The notes under the pieces are model-generated. The model made no database searches. It was not told the origin of the DNA and saw only the letters and a program-made list of their open reading frames with translations. A stretch of DNA of 64,000 bases, from assembly GCF_009914755.1 (NCBI RefSeq), contig NC_060940.1; one strand, 5' to 3'. Source of the stretch: the human T2T-CHM13v2.0 reference genome, Homo sapiens. Shown here in pieces: positions 1 to 15,300 of this stretch (position 1 is its first letter; each line of letters begins with the position of its first letter). The translations under genes and the position numbers were made by a program.

Positions 1-183
1 TTCCATTCGAGTCCATTCGATGATTCCATTCGATTCCATTCGATGTTGATTCTGTTCAAATCCATTCGATGATTCCACTCGATTCCATTCGTTGACTCCA
101 TTTGATCCCATTCGATGATTTCCTTTGATTCCCTTTGATGATCATTCCATTTGATTCAATTCGGTGATTTCATTTGATTCCAT

Positions 184-3100
184 TCAGTGATGTTTCCATT
201 CGACTCCATTCGATGATGATTCCATTCGACTCCATTCGATTATGATTTCATTCAATTCCATTCGATAATGATTCCCTTCGAGTCCATTCGATGATTCCAT
301 TCGATTCCATTCAACGATGATTTGATTCGTGTCCATTCGATGATTCCATTTGATTCCACTTGATGATGATTCCATTCGAGTCCATTTGATGATTCCATTC
401 AATTCCATACTCCGATGATTTCTTTTGAGCCCACTCAATGCTTCCACTCGATTCCATATGATGATGACTCCATTCGATGAAATTCGATGATGATTCCATT
501 CGCTTGCTTTCGATGATGATTCCACTTGAGTCCGTTAGAAGATTCTATTCAATTACATTCCATGACGATTCCGTTCGAGTCCATTTGATGATTCCATTAG
601 ACTCCATTCGACGATGATTCCATTCGATGTTATTCGATGATTCCATTCGATCTCATTCGATGATGATTCCATTCAACTCCATTCGATGTTTCCATTCGAG
701 TTCATTCTATTATTCCATTAGATTCCATTCGATGATGATTCCATTCGATTCCATTTGATGATTGCATTCTATTTCATTTGATGATGATTCCATTCGAGTC
801 CACTCGATGATTCCATTCGAGTCCATTTAATGAATCCATTGGTTTCAATTCTATGATGATTACATTGGATTCCATTCGTTGATGATTTCATTCGGTTCCA
901 TTCAATGATGATTCCATTCAATTCCTTTCAATGTTTCCATTCAATTCCATACGATGATGATTCCATTTGATTTGATTCGACAGTGAGCCATTCGATTCAA
1001 TTCCATGATGATTCTATTTGATTCAATTGGTTGACATTTCCATTCGATTCCATTCGATGATGATTCCCTTTGATTCCGTTCAAAGATGATTCCATTCTAG
1101 CCCATTCAATCATTCCATTCGATTCTATTCAATGATGATTCCATTCATGTCGATTTGGTGATTCCATTTGACTTCATTTGATGATGATTCCTTTCAAGTT
1201 CATTAGATGATTCCATTCGATTCCATTTGATGATGATCCCATTCGAGTCCATTCAGTGATTCCATTCGTTTCCATTCCATGATGATTCCATTCCTTTCCA
1301 TTCAATGATTCCATTCGATTCCGTTTGATGATGATTTCATTCGAGTCCATTTGATGATTCCATTTGATTCCATTCGATGATGATTCCATTCGAGTCCATT
1401 CGATGATTCTATTCGAATCCATTTGATGATTTCTTTTGATTATAGTTGGTGATGATTCCATTGGAGTCCATTCAATGATTCCATTCTATTCCAATCGATG
1501 ATGATTCCATTAGAGTCCATTTAATGATTCCATTTGATTCCAGTCTCTGATGATTACATTCGAGTCCATACGATGATTCCACTCAATTCCATATGATGAT
1601 GATTCCATTTGATTCCATTCGGTGATTCCATTCTATTCTATTCAATGGTGATTCCATTCGAGTACATTAGATGATTCCATTCGATTCCATTCAATGATGA
1701 TTCTATTTGTGTCCCTTAGATGATTCCACATGATTCCATTAGATGATGATACTATTTGAGCCCATCCAATGATTCCCTTCGATTCCATTCGATGAGGATT
1801 CCATTCGATTCAATTCATTGGTGATTCTATTCAATTCAATTCTTTGATTCCATTCCATTCCATTCGACAATGATTCCATTCGATTTCTTTCGATGATTCC
1901 ACTCGATTCCACTTGACATTGATTCCATTCGATTCCATTCAATGATTCCATTTGATTCCAGTGGATGATGATTGCCATCGATTCCATTCGATCACTCCAT
2001 TCTATTCCATTTGATGATGATTACATTCGATTCCATTTGATGATTCCATCTGATTCTATTCGAGGATTCCATTTGATTCCATTCGATGATGATTCCATTC
2101 GAGTCCATACGATGATTTCATTCGAGTACATCCAATGATTCCATTCGAGTCCATTAGATGATTCCATTTGATTCCATTTGAAAATGATTCTACTAGAGTC
2201 CATTCAATGACTCCATTCGAGTCCATTCAACAATTCCATTCGACTCCATTCGATGATTCCATTCGATTCCATTTGATGGTTCCATTCGAGTCCATTTAAT
2301 CATTACAGTCGAGTCCATTTGGTGATTCCACTGGATTTCTTTTGATAATGATACCATTCAATTACATTTGATGATGATCCCATTCAATTTCATTTGATGA
2401 TGATTCCATTAGAGTCCATTCGATGATTTCATTCGAGTCCCTTCATTGATTCCATCCGATTTCATTGGATGATGACTCCATTCGAGTCCATTCGATGATT
2501 CCACTCGATTCCATTAGATGACTCCATTGGAGTCCATTTGATTGTTCCATTCGATTCCATTCGATTCCTTTCGAAGATTATTCCATTTGAGTCCATTCGA
2601 TGATGATTCCATTCCATTCCATTCGATGATTCCGTTTGATTCCATTCGATGATTCCCTTCGATTCCTTTCTTTGATGATTCCATTCCATTCCATTCAATG
2701 ATTCCATTCGAATCTATTCCATGATGATTCCTTTCGATTCCATTCGCTGATGTTTCCGTTCAATTCCATTCGATGATGATTCCATTCGATTCCATTCATT
2801 GAGGATTCCATTTGATTCCATTCAATGATGATTCCATTCTATTCCATTCAATGATTGCATTCAATTCCATTCAATGATTATCCCCTTAGTGTAAACTCAA
2901 CGATTCCATTCAATACCATTCGATGATGATTCCTTTTGAGTCCATTAAATGATTTCATTCAAGTCCATTTGATGATTCCTTTCAATTCCATTCTATGATG
3001 ATTCCATTCGAGTCCATTCGATGATTCCATTCGATTGCATTCGATGATTCCATTATATTCCATTCAACGGTGATTCCATTCGAGTCCATTCCATGATTCC

Positions 3101-6100
3101 ATTAGAGTACATTTAATGATTGCTTTGTTTTCAATTCGAAGATGATTACATTGGATTCCATTCTATGATACCATTCGATTCCATTCAATGATGATTCCAC
3201 TCAAATCCATTGGATGATTCCATTCGTGTCCATTCGGTGATTTCATTAGATTCCATTCGAGGATGATTCCATTCGATTCCATTCGATGATTCCATTCAAT
3301 TCCATTCGATGATGATTCCATTCCAGTCCATATGATCATTCCATTTGATTTCATTCGATGATGATTCCATTCGATTCCATTCGACGATTCCATTCTATTC
3401 CATTCGATGATGATTCCATTCGAGTCCATTCGATCATTCCATTCGAGTCCATTTAATGATTCCATTGGGTTCAATTCAATGATGATTACATTGGATTCCG
3501 TTCTATGATTCCATTCAATTCCGTTCATTGACAATTTGATTCCATTCGATGATGATTCCATTTGAGTTCATTCGATGATTCTATTCGATTCTCTTCAATG
3601 GTGATTCAATTCTATTATATTGGATGATTCCATTCGATTCCATTTGATGTTGATTCAATTCGATTCTATTCGATGATGATTCCATTGGATTTCACTTGAT
3701 GATTCTATTCGATTCCATTCAATGATGATTCACTTCTCGTCCATTGGATGATTCCATTTCATTCCATTCGATGATGATTCCATTCGATTCCATTCGATGA
3801 TTCCATTTGATTCCATGCGACGGTGAGCAATTCGATTCAATTCCATGATGATTCTATTTGATTCAATTAGATGATGTTTCCATTCGAATCCATTCCATGA
3901 TTATTCCATTGGAATCCATTCGGTGATGATTCCATATGAGTCAATTCAATGATGATTCCATATGGGTCCGTTCGATGATAATTCCATTTGATTTCATTCG
4001 ATGCTTCTATTCTATTCCAGTCGATGATGATTCCGTTGGAGTCCATACGATGATTCCATTTGATTTCATTTGATGATGATTCCATTCGATGATGATTACA
4101 TTGGATTCCATTCTATGATTCCATTCAATTCCATTCGTTGATGATTCGATTCCATTCAATGATGATCCCATTTGAGTTCATTCGATGATTCTATTCGATT
4201 CCGTTCGATGGTGATTCAATTCTATTATATTGGATGATTCCACTCGATTCCATTTGATGATTATTCCATTGGAGTCCACTTAGTGAATCCTTTAGATTCT
4301 ACTCGACGATGATTCCATTCGAGTCCATTCGATGATACCATTCAATTCCATTCGTTGATGCTTCCATTCAAGTGCATTCGATGATATCATTCGATTCCAT
4401 TTGATGATAATTCCATTTGATTCCATGCGATGATTCTATTCGATTCCATTCAATGATAATTCCATTCAATTCAGTGATTCCTCTGGACTCCATTTGATGA
4501 TGATTCCATTCAATGATTCCATTCGATTCTATTCGAAAATGATTCCATTTGAATCCATTTGATGATGATTCCATTAGATTCCATTTGATGATTCCATTCG
4601 ATTCCATTCGGCGATGATTCCATTCGATTCCGTTTGATGATTCCATTCTATTCTATTCGATGATGATTCCATTCGATTCCATTCGATGATGATTGGATTC
4701 GATTCCATTTGATGATTTCATTTGATTCCATTCGTTAATGATTTCGATCAATTCCATTCGATGATTCCATTCGATTCCATTCGATAATGATTACATCCGA
4801 GTCCATTCGATGATTCCCTTTGAGCCTGTTCGATAATTCCATTTGAGTCCAACCAATGATTCCATTCATTTCCATTCAATGATTCCATTCGAGTCCATTT
4901 GATCATTCCGGTAGGGTCCATTCGATGTTGATTCCATTGGAGTGCATTCGATGATTCCATTCGAGTCCATTTTAGGATTTGATTCGAGTCCTTTCGATGA
5001 TTCCATTCGATTCCACTCGATGATGATTTCATTCGAGTCCATTCGACACTTCCAATCGATTCCATTTGATGATTCCATTCGAGTCCAATTGATGATTCCA
5101 TTCAATTCCATTCGATGATGATTCCGTACGATTCCATTCTGTGATGATTCCATGTGATTGCATTCAATGATGATTCCTTTCGATTGCATTCGATTATGAT
5201 TCATTTCGTGTTCATTCTATGGTTCCACAGGTTTCCATTCGTGTCCATTCCATTATTCCATTCTATTCCATTTGATGATGATTCCATTCGATTCCATTCA
5301 TTGGTGATTCCACTCAATTCCATTCAATGATTCCATTCCATTTCTTTCAACAATGATTCCATTAGTTTCTAATCGATGATCCACTTGATTCCATTTGACG
5401 ACGATTCCATTCTTGTCCATTCGATGATTCCATTTGATTCCATATGATGATGATTCCATTCGATTCCATACCATGATGATTCCATTCGAGTCCATTCAAT
5501 GGTGATTCCATTCAATTCCATTCGATGATTCCTTTTGATTCCATTCGATGATGATGGCATTCGATTCCTTTCAATCATTCCCTTTGATTCCATTCAAAGG
5601 TGATTTCATTCAAGTCCATTCGATAATTGCATTCGATTCCATTCTATGATGATTCCATTCGAGTCCATTTGATGATTCCATTCAATTCAAGTCAATGATG
5701 ATTCCATTCGATTCCATTCGATGATTCCATTGGATTCCATTCGATGATGATTCCATTCAAATCCATTCGATAATTCAATTCAAGTCCATTCGATGATGAT
5801 TCCAATCGAATCCATTCAAAGATTCTATTCAGTTCCATTCGATGATTCCCTTAGATTCCATTCGATGATTCCACTTGATTGCATTTACGATGATTCCATT
5901 CGATTCCATGTGATGATTCCATTCAATTCTATTCAATGATGTCTCCATTTGATTCCATTCGACCATGATTGCCTTTGATTCCATTCAATGATTCCATTCG
6001 GTTCCGTTTGATGATGATTCCGTTCGATTCCATTTGATGATTCCATTTGATTCCATTGGATGAGTCCATTCGATTACATTCGATGATTATTCCATTCGAG

Positions 6101-6295
6101 TGCATTAGATGATTCCATTCGAGTCCATTCGATGATTCCATTCGATTCCATTCGATGTTGATTCTGTTCAAATCCATTCGATGATTCCACTCGATTCCAT
6201 TCGTTGACTCCATTTGATCCCATTCGATGATTTCCTTTGATTCCCTTTGATGATCATTCCATTTGATTCAATTCGGTGATTTCATTTGATTCCAT
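184..6295 (+). repeat. 6,112-bp higher-order unit, copy 1 (used as reference; probable HSat2B ~6.1-kb unit)
   Basis: Marker ORFs recur at +6112 (184->6296, 1174->7286, 1739->7851, 2021->8133). Rare motifs (gacagtgagcc, cttctcgtcc, ggtagggtcc, ggttccacaggtttcc) occur once per period. The subfamily call relies on the known ~6.1-kb HSat2B periodicity. Confidence 0.93.
3859..3869 (-). promoter_or_regulatory. DUX4-type consensus match TAATTGAATCA (representative; related TAATGGAATCA matches recur several times per unit)
   Basis: The + strand reads TGATTCAATTA, matching TAAYBBAATCA on the minus strand. DUX4 is known to bind and activate HSATII. Occupancy of this particular site is not shown by the sequence. 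Confidence 0.35.
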
Positions 6296-9200
6296 TCAGT
6301 GATGTTTCCATTCGACTCCATTCGATGATGATTCCATTCGACTCCATTCGATTATGATTTCATTCAATTCCATTCGATAATGATTCCCTTCGAGTCCATT
6401 CGATGATTCCATTCGATTCCATTCAACGATGATTTGATTCGTGTCCATTCGATGATTCCATTTGATTCCACTTGATGATGATTCCATTCGAGTCCATTTG
6501 ATGATTCCATTCAATTCCATACTCCGATGATTTCTTTTGAGCCCACTCAATGCTTCCACTCGATTCCATATGATGATGACTCCATTCGATGAAATTCGAT
6601 GATGATTCCATTTGCTTGCTTTCGATGATGATTCCACTTGAGTCCGTTAGAAGATTCTATTCAATTACATTCCATGACGATTCCGTTCGAGTCCATTTGA
6701 TGATTCCATTAGACTCCATTCGACGATGATTCCATTCGATGTTATTCGATGATTCCATTCGATCTCATTCGATGATGATTCCATTCAACTCCATTCGATG
6801 TTTCCATTCGAGTTCATTCTATTATTCCATTAGATTCCATTCGATGATGATTCCATTCGATTCCATTTGATGATTGCATTCTATTACATTTGATGATGAT
6901 TCCATTCGAGTCCACTCGATGATTCCATTCGAGTCCATTTAATGAATCCATTGGTTTCAATTCTATGATGATTACATTGGATTCCATTCGTTGATGATTT
7001 CATTCGGTTCCATTCAATGATGATTCCATTCAATTCCTTTCAATGTTTCCATTCAATTCCATACGATGATGATTCCATTTGATTTGATTCGACAGTGAGC
7101 CATTCGATTCAATTCCATGATGATTCTATTTGATTCAATTGGTTGACATTTCCATTCGATTCCATTCGATGATGATTCCCTTTGATTCCGTTCAAAGATG
7201 ATTCCATTCTAGCCCATTCAATCATTCCATTCGATTCTATTCAATGATGATTCCATTCATGTCGATTTGGTGATTCCATTTGACTTCATTTGATGATGAT
7301 TCCTTTCAAGTTCATTAGATGATTCCATTCGATTCCATTTGATGATGATCCCATTCGAGTCCATTCAGTGATTCCATTCGTTTCCATTCCATGATGATTC
7401 CATTCCTTTCCATTCAATGATTCCATTCGATTCCGTTTGATGATGATTTCATTCGAGTCCATTTGATGATTCCATTTGATTCCATTCGATGATGATTCCT
7501 TTCGAGTCCGTTCGATGATTCTATTCGAATCCATTTGATGATTTCTTTTGATTATATTTGGTGATGATTCCATTGGAGTCCATTCAATGATTCCATTCTA
7601 TTCCAATCGATGATGATTCCATTAGAGTCCATTTAATGATTCCATTTGATTCCAGTCTCTGATGATTACATTCGAGTCCATACGATGATTCCACTCAATT
7701 CCATATGATGATGATTCCATTTGATTCCATTCGGTGATTCCATTCTATTCTATTCAATGGTGATTCCATTCGAGTACATTAGATGATTCCATTCGATTCC
7801 ATTCAATGATGATTCTATTTGTGTCCCTTAGATGATTCCACATGATTCCATTAGATGATGATACTATTTGAGCCCATCCAATGATTCCCTTCGATTCCAT
7901 TCGATGAGGATTCCATTCGATTCAATTCATTGGTGATTCTATTCAATTCAATTCTTTGATTCCATTCCATTCCATTCGACAATGATTCCATTCGATTTCT
8001 TTCGATGATTCCACTCGATTCCACTTGACATTGATTCCATTCGATTCCATTCAATGATTCCATTTGATTCCAGTGGATGATGATTGCCATCGATTCCATT
8101 CGATCACTCCATTCTATTCCATTTGATGATGATTACATTCGATTCCATTTGATGATTCCATCTGATTCTATTCGAGGATTCCATTTGATTCCATTCGATG
8201 ATGATTCCATTCGAGTCCATTCGATGATTTCATTCGAGTACATCCAATGATTCCATTCGAGTCCATTAGATGATTCCATTTGATTCCATTTGAAAATGAT
8301 TCTACTAGAGTCCATTCAATGACTCCATTCGAGTCCATTCAACAATTCCATTCGACTCCATTCGATGATTCCATTCGATTCCATTTGATGGTTCCATTCG
8401 AGTCCATTTAATCATTACAGTCGAGTCCATTTGGTGATTCCACTGGATTTCTTTTGATAATGATACCATTCAATTACATTTGATGATGATCCCATTCAAT
8501 TTCATTTGATGATGATTCCATTCGATGATTCCACTCGATTCCATTAGATGACTCCATTGGAGTCCATTTGATTGTTCCATTCGATTCCATTCGATTCCTT
8601 TCGAAGATTATTCCATTTGAGTCCATTCGATGATGATTCCATTCCATTCCATTCGATGATTCCGTTTGATTCCATTCGATGATTCCCTTCGATTCCTTTC
8701 TTTGATGATTCCATTCCATTCCATTCAATGATTCCATTCGAATCTATTCCATGATGATTCCTTTCGATTCCATTCGCTGATGTTTCCGTTCAATTCCATT
8801 CGATGATGATTCCATTCGATTCCATTCATTGAGGATTCCATTTGATTCCATTCAATGATGATTCCATTCTATTCCATTCAATGATTGCATTCAATTCCAT
8901 TCAATGATTATCCCCTTAGTGTAAACTCAACGATTCCATTCAATACCATTCGATGATGATTCCTTTTGAGTCCATTCAATGATTTCATTCAAGTCCATTT
9001 GATGATTCCTTTCAATTCCATTCTATGATGATTCCATTCGAGTCCATTCGATGATTCCATTCGATTGCATTCGATGATTCCATTATATTCCATTCAACGG
9101 TGATTCCATTCGAGTCCATTCCATGATTCCATTAGAGTACATTTAATGATTGCTTTGTTTTCAATTCGAAGATGATTACATTGGATTCCATTCTATGATA

Positions 9201-12200
9201 CCATTGGATTCCATTCAATGATGATTCCACTCAAATCCATTGGATGATTCCATTCGTGTCCATTCGGTGATTTCATTAGATTCCATTCGAGGATGATTCT
9301 ATTCGATTCCATTCGATGATTCCATTCAATTCCATTCGATGATGATTCCATTCCAGTCCATATGATCATTCCATTTGATTTCATTCGATGATGATTCCAT
9401 TCGATTCGATTCGACGATTCCATTCTATTCCATTCGATGATGATTCCATTCGAGTCCATTCGATGATTCCATTCGAGTCCATTTAATGATTCCATTGGGT
9501 TCAATTCAATGATGATTACATTGGATTCCGTTCTATGATTCCATTCAATTCCGTTCATTGACAATTTGATTCCATTCGATGATGATTCCATTTGAGTTCA
9601 TTCGATGATTCTATTCGATTCTCTTCGATGGTGATTCAATTCTATTATATTGGATGATTCCATTCGATTCCATTTGATGTTGATTCAATTCGATTCTATT
9701 CGATGATGATTCCATTGGATTTCACTTGATGATTCTATTCGATTCCATTCAATGATGATTCACTTCTCGTCCATTGGATGATTCCATTTCATTCCATTCG
9801 ATGATGATTCCATTCGATTCCATTCGTTGATTCCATTTGATTCCATGCGACGGTGAGCAATTCGATTCAATTCCATGATGATTCTATTTGATTCAATTAG
9901 ATGATGTTTCCATTCGAATCCATTCCATGATTATTCCATTGGAATCCATTCGGCGATGATTCCATATGAGTCAATTCAATGATGATTCCATATGGGTCCG
10001 TTCGATGATAATTCCATTTGATTTCATTCGATGCTTCTATTCTATTCCAGTCGATGATGATTCCGTTGGAGTCCATACGATGATTCCATTTGATTTCATT
10101 TGATGATGATTCCATTCGATGATGATTACATTGGATTCCATTCTATGATTCCATTCAATTCCATTCGTTGATGATTCGATTCCATTCAATGATGATCCCA
10201 TTTGAGTTCATTCGATGATTCTATTCGATTCCGTTCGATGGTGATTCAATTCTATTATATTGGATGATTCCACTCGATTCCATTTGATGATTATTCCATT
10301 GGAGTCCACTTAGTGAATCCTTTAGATTCTACTCGACGATGATTCCATTCGAGTCCATTCGATGATACCATTCAATTCCATTCGTTGATGCTTCCATTCA
10401 AGTGCATTCGATGATATCATTCGATTCCATTTGATGATAATTCCATTTGATTCCATGCGATGATTCTATTCGATTCCATTCAATGATAATTCCATTCAAT
10501 TCAGTGATTCCTCTGGACTCCATTTGATGATGATTCCATTCAATGATTCCATTCGATTCTATTCGAAAATGATTCCATTTGAATCCATTTGATGATGATT
10601 CCATTAGATTCCATTTGATGATTCCATTCGATTCCATTCGACGATGATTCCATTCGATTCCGTTTGATGATTCCATTCTATTCTATTCGATGATGATTCC
10701 ATTCGATTCCATTCGATGATGATTGGATTCGATTCCATTTGATGATTTCATTTGATTCCATTCGTTAATGATTTCGATCAATTCCATTCGATGATTCCAT
10801 TCGATTCCATTCGATAATGATTACATCCGAGTCCATTCGATGATTCCCTTTGAGCCTGTTCGATAATTCCATTTGAGTCCAACCAATGATTCCATTCATT
10901 TCCATTCAATGATTCCATTCGAGTCCATTTGATCATTCCGGTAGGGTCCATTCGATGTTGATTCCATTGGAGTGCATTCGATGATTCCATTCGAGTCCAT
11001 TTTAGGATTTGATTCGAGTCCTTTCGATGATTCCATTCGATTCCACTCGATGATGATTTCATTCGAGTCCATTCGACACTTCCAATCGATTCCATTTGAT
11101 GATTCCATTCGAGTCCAATTGATGATTCCATTCAATTCCATTCGATGATGATTCCGTACGATTCCATTCTGTGATGATTCCATGTGATTGCATTCAATGA
11201 TGATTCCTTTCGATTGCATTCGATTATGATTCATTTCGTGTTCATTCTATGGTTCCACAGGTTTCCATTCGTGTCCATTCCATTATTCCATTCTATTCCA
11301 TTTGATGATGATTCCATTCGATTCCATTCATTGGTGATTCCACTCAATTCCATTCAATGATTCCATTCCATTTCTTTCAACAATGATTCCATTAGTTTCT
11401 AATCGATGATCCACTTGATTCCATTTGACGACGATTCCATTCTTGTCCATTCGATGATTCCATTTGATTCCATATGATGATGATTCCATTCGATTCCATA
11501 CCATGATGATTCCATTCGAGTCCATTCAACGGTGATTCCATTCAATTCCATTCGATGATTCCTTTCGATTCCATTCGATGATGATGGCATTCGATTCCTT
11601 TCAATCATTCCCTTTGATTCCATTCAAAGGTGATTTCATTCAAGTCCATTCGATAATTGCATTCGATTCCATTCTATGATGATTCCATTCGAGTCCATTT
11701 GATGATTCCATTCAATTCAAGTCAATGATGATTCCATTCGATTCCATTCGATGATTCCATTGGATTCCATTCGATGATGATTCCATTCAAATCCATTCGA
11801 TAATTCAATTCAAGTCCATTCGATGATGATTCCAATCGAATCCATTCAAAGATTCCATTCAGTTCCATTCGATGATTCCCTTAGATTCCATTCGATGATT
11901 CCACTTGATTGCATTTACGATGATTCCATTCGATTCCATGTGATGATTCCATTCAATTCTATTCAATGATGTCTCCATTTGATTCCATTCGACCATGATT
12001 GCCTTTGATTCCATTCAATGATTCCATTCGGTTCCGTTTGATGATGATTCCGTTCGATTCCATTTGATGATTCCATTTGATTCCATTGGATGAGTCCATT
12101 CGATTACATTCGATGATTATTCCATTCGAGTGCATTAGATGATTCCATTCGAGTCCATTCGATGATTCCATTCGATTCCATTCGATGTTGATTCTGTTCA

Positions 12201-12325
12201 AATCCATTCGATGATTCCACTCGATTCCATTCGTTGACTCCATTTGATCCCATTCGATGATTTCCTTTGATTCCCTTTGATGATCATTCCATTTGATTCA
12301 ATTCGGTGATTTCATTTGATTCCAT
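6296..12325 (+). repeat. Unit copy 2, 6,030 bp (82-bp deletion near 8520)
   Basis: Offset to copy 1 changes from 6112 to 6030 (3163->9193). The segment agagtccattcgatgatttcattcgagtcccttcattg... is missing. Confidence 0.92.
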
Positions 12326-15300
12326 TCAGTGATGTTTCCATTCGACTCCATTCGATGATGATTCCATTCGACTCCATTCGATTATGATTTCATTCAATTC
12401 CATTCGATAATGATTCCCTTCGAGTCCATTCGATGATTCCATTCGATTCCATTCAACGATGATTTGATTCGTGTCCATTCGATGATTCCATTTGATTCCA
12501 CTTGATGATGATTCCATTCGAGTCCATTTGATGATTCCATTCAATTCCATACTCCGATGATTTCTTTTGAGCCCACTCAATGCTTCCACTCGATTCCATA
12601 TGATGATGACTCCATTCGATGAAATTCGATGATGATTCCATTCGCTTGCTTTCGATGATGATTCCACTTGAGTCCGTTAGAAGATTCTATTCAATTACAT
12701 TCCAGGACGATTCCGTTCGAGTCCATTTGATGATTCCATTAGACTCCATTCGACGATGATTCCATTCGATGTTATTCGATGATTCCATTCGATCTCATTC
12801 GATGATGATTCCATTCAACTCCATTCGATGTTTCCATTCGAGTTCATTCTATTATTCCATTAGATTCCATTCGATGATGATTCCATTCGATTCCATTTGA
12901 TGATTGCATTCTATTTCATTTGATGATGATTCCATTCGAGTCCACTCGATGATTCCATTCGAGTCCATTTAATGAATCCATTGGTTTCAATTCTATGATG
13001 ATTACATTGGATTCCATTCGTTGATGATTTCATTCGGTTCCATTCAATGATGATTCCATTCAATTCCTTTCAATGTTTCCATTCAATTCCATACGATGAT
13101 GATTCCATTTGATTTGATTCGACAGTGAGCCATTCGATTCAATTCCATGATGATTCTATTTGATTCAATTGGTTGACATTTCCATTCGATTCCATTCGAT
13201 GATGATTCCCTTTGATTCCGTTCAAAGATGATTCCATTCTAGCCCATTCAATCATTCCATTCGATTCTATTCAATGATGATTCCATTCATGTCGATTTGG
13301 TGATTCCATTTGACTTCATTTGATGATGATTCCTTTCAAGTTCATTAGATGATTCCATTCGATTCCATTTGATGATGATCCCATTCGAGTCCATTCAGTG
13401 ATTCCATTCGTTTCCATTCCATGATGATTCCATTCCTTTCCATTCAATAATTCCATTCGATTCCGTTTGATGATGATTTCATTCGAGTCCATTTGATGAT
13501 TCCATTTGATTCCATTCGATGATGATTCCATTCGAGTCCATTCGATGATTCTATTCGAATCCATTTGATGATTTCTTTTGATTGTAGTTGGTGATGATTC
13601 CATTGGAGTCCATTCAATGATTCCATTCTATTCCAATCGATGATGATTCCATTAGAGTCCATTTAATGATTCCATTTGATTCCAGTCTCTGATGATTACA
13701 TTCGAGTCCATACGATGATTCCACTCAATTCCATATGATGATGATTCCATTTGATTCCATTCGGTGATTCCATTCTATTCTATTCAATGGTGATTCCATT
13801 CGAGTACATTAGATGATTCCATTCGATTCCATTCAATGATGATTCTATTTGTGTCCCTTAGATGATTCCACATGATTCCATTAGATGATGATACTATTTG
13901 AGCCCATCCAATGATTCCCTTCGATTCCATTCGATGAGGATTCCATTCGATTCAATTCATTGGTGATTCTATTCAATTCAATTCTTTGATTCCATTCCAT
14001 TCCATTCGACAATGATTCCATTCGATTTCTTTCGATGATTCCACTCGATTCCACTTGACATTGATTCCATTCGATTCCATTCAATGATTCCATTTGATTC
14101 CAGTGGATGATGATTGCCATCGATTCCATTCGATCACTCCATTCTATTCCATTTGATGATGATTACATTCGATTCCATTTGATGATTCCATCTGATTCTA
14201 TTCGAGGATTCCATTTGATTCCATTCGATGATGATTCCATTCGAGTCCATTCGATGATTTCATTCGAGTACATCCAATGATTCCATTCGAGTCCATTAGA
14301 TGATTCCATTTGATTCCATTTGAAAATGATTCTACTAGAGTCCATTCAATGACTCCATTCGAGTCCATTCAACAATTCCATTCGACTCCATTCGATGATT
14401 CCATTCGATTCCATTTGATGGTTCCATTCGAGTCCATTTAATCATTACAGTCGAGTCCATTTGGTGATTCCACTGGATTTCTTTTGATAATGATACCATT
14501 CAATTACATTTGATGATGATCCCATTCAATTTCATTTGATGATGATTCCATTAGAGTCCATTCGATGATTTCATTCGAGTCCCTTCATTGATTCCATCCG
14601 ATTTCATTGGATGATGACTCCATTCGAGTCCATTCGATGATTCCACTCGATTCCATTAGATGACTCCATTGGAGTCCATTTGATTGTTCCATTCGATTCC
14701 ATTCGATTCCTTTCGAAGATTATTCCATTTGAGTCCATTCGATGATGATTCCATTCCATTCCATTCGATGATTCCGTTTGATTCCATTCGATGATTCCCT
14801 TCGATTCCTTTCTTTGATGATTCCATTCCATTCCATTCAATGATTCCATTCGAATCTATTCCATGATGATTCCTTTCGATTCCATTCGCTGATGTTTCCG
14901 TTCAATTCCATTCGATGATGATTCCATTCGATTCCATTCATTGAGGATTCCATTTGATTCCATTCAATGATGATTCCATTCTATTCCATTCAATGATTGC
15001 ATTCAATTCCATTCAATGATTATCCCATTAGAGTAAACTCAACGATTCCATTCAATACCATTCGATGATGATTCCTTTTGAGTCCATTCAATGATTTCAT
15101 TCAAGTCCATTTGATGATTCCTTTCAATTCCATTCTATGATGATTCCATTCGAGTCCATTCGATGATTCCATTCGATTGCATTCGATGATTCCATTATAT
15201 TCCATTCAACGGTGATTCCATTCGAGTCCATTCCATGATTCCATTAGAGTACATTTAATGATTGCTTTGTTTTCAATTCGAAGATGATTACATTGGATTC

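Noticed and set aside
3955-3970. Short palindromes (ccatatgg; also tcga, gtac, atcgat throughout)
   Set aside because: They are expected by chance from single substitutions in the satellite core and are too short to imply structure or function.
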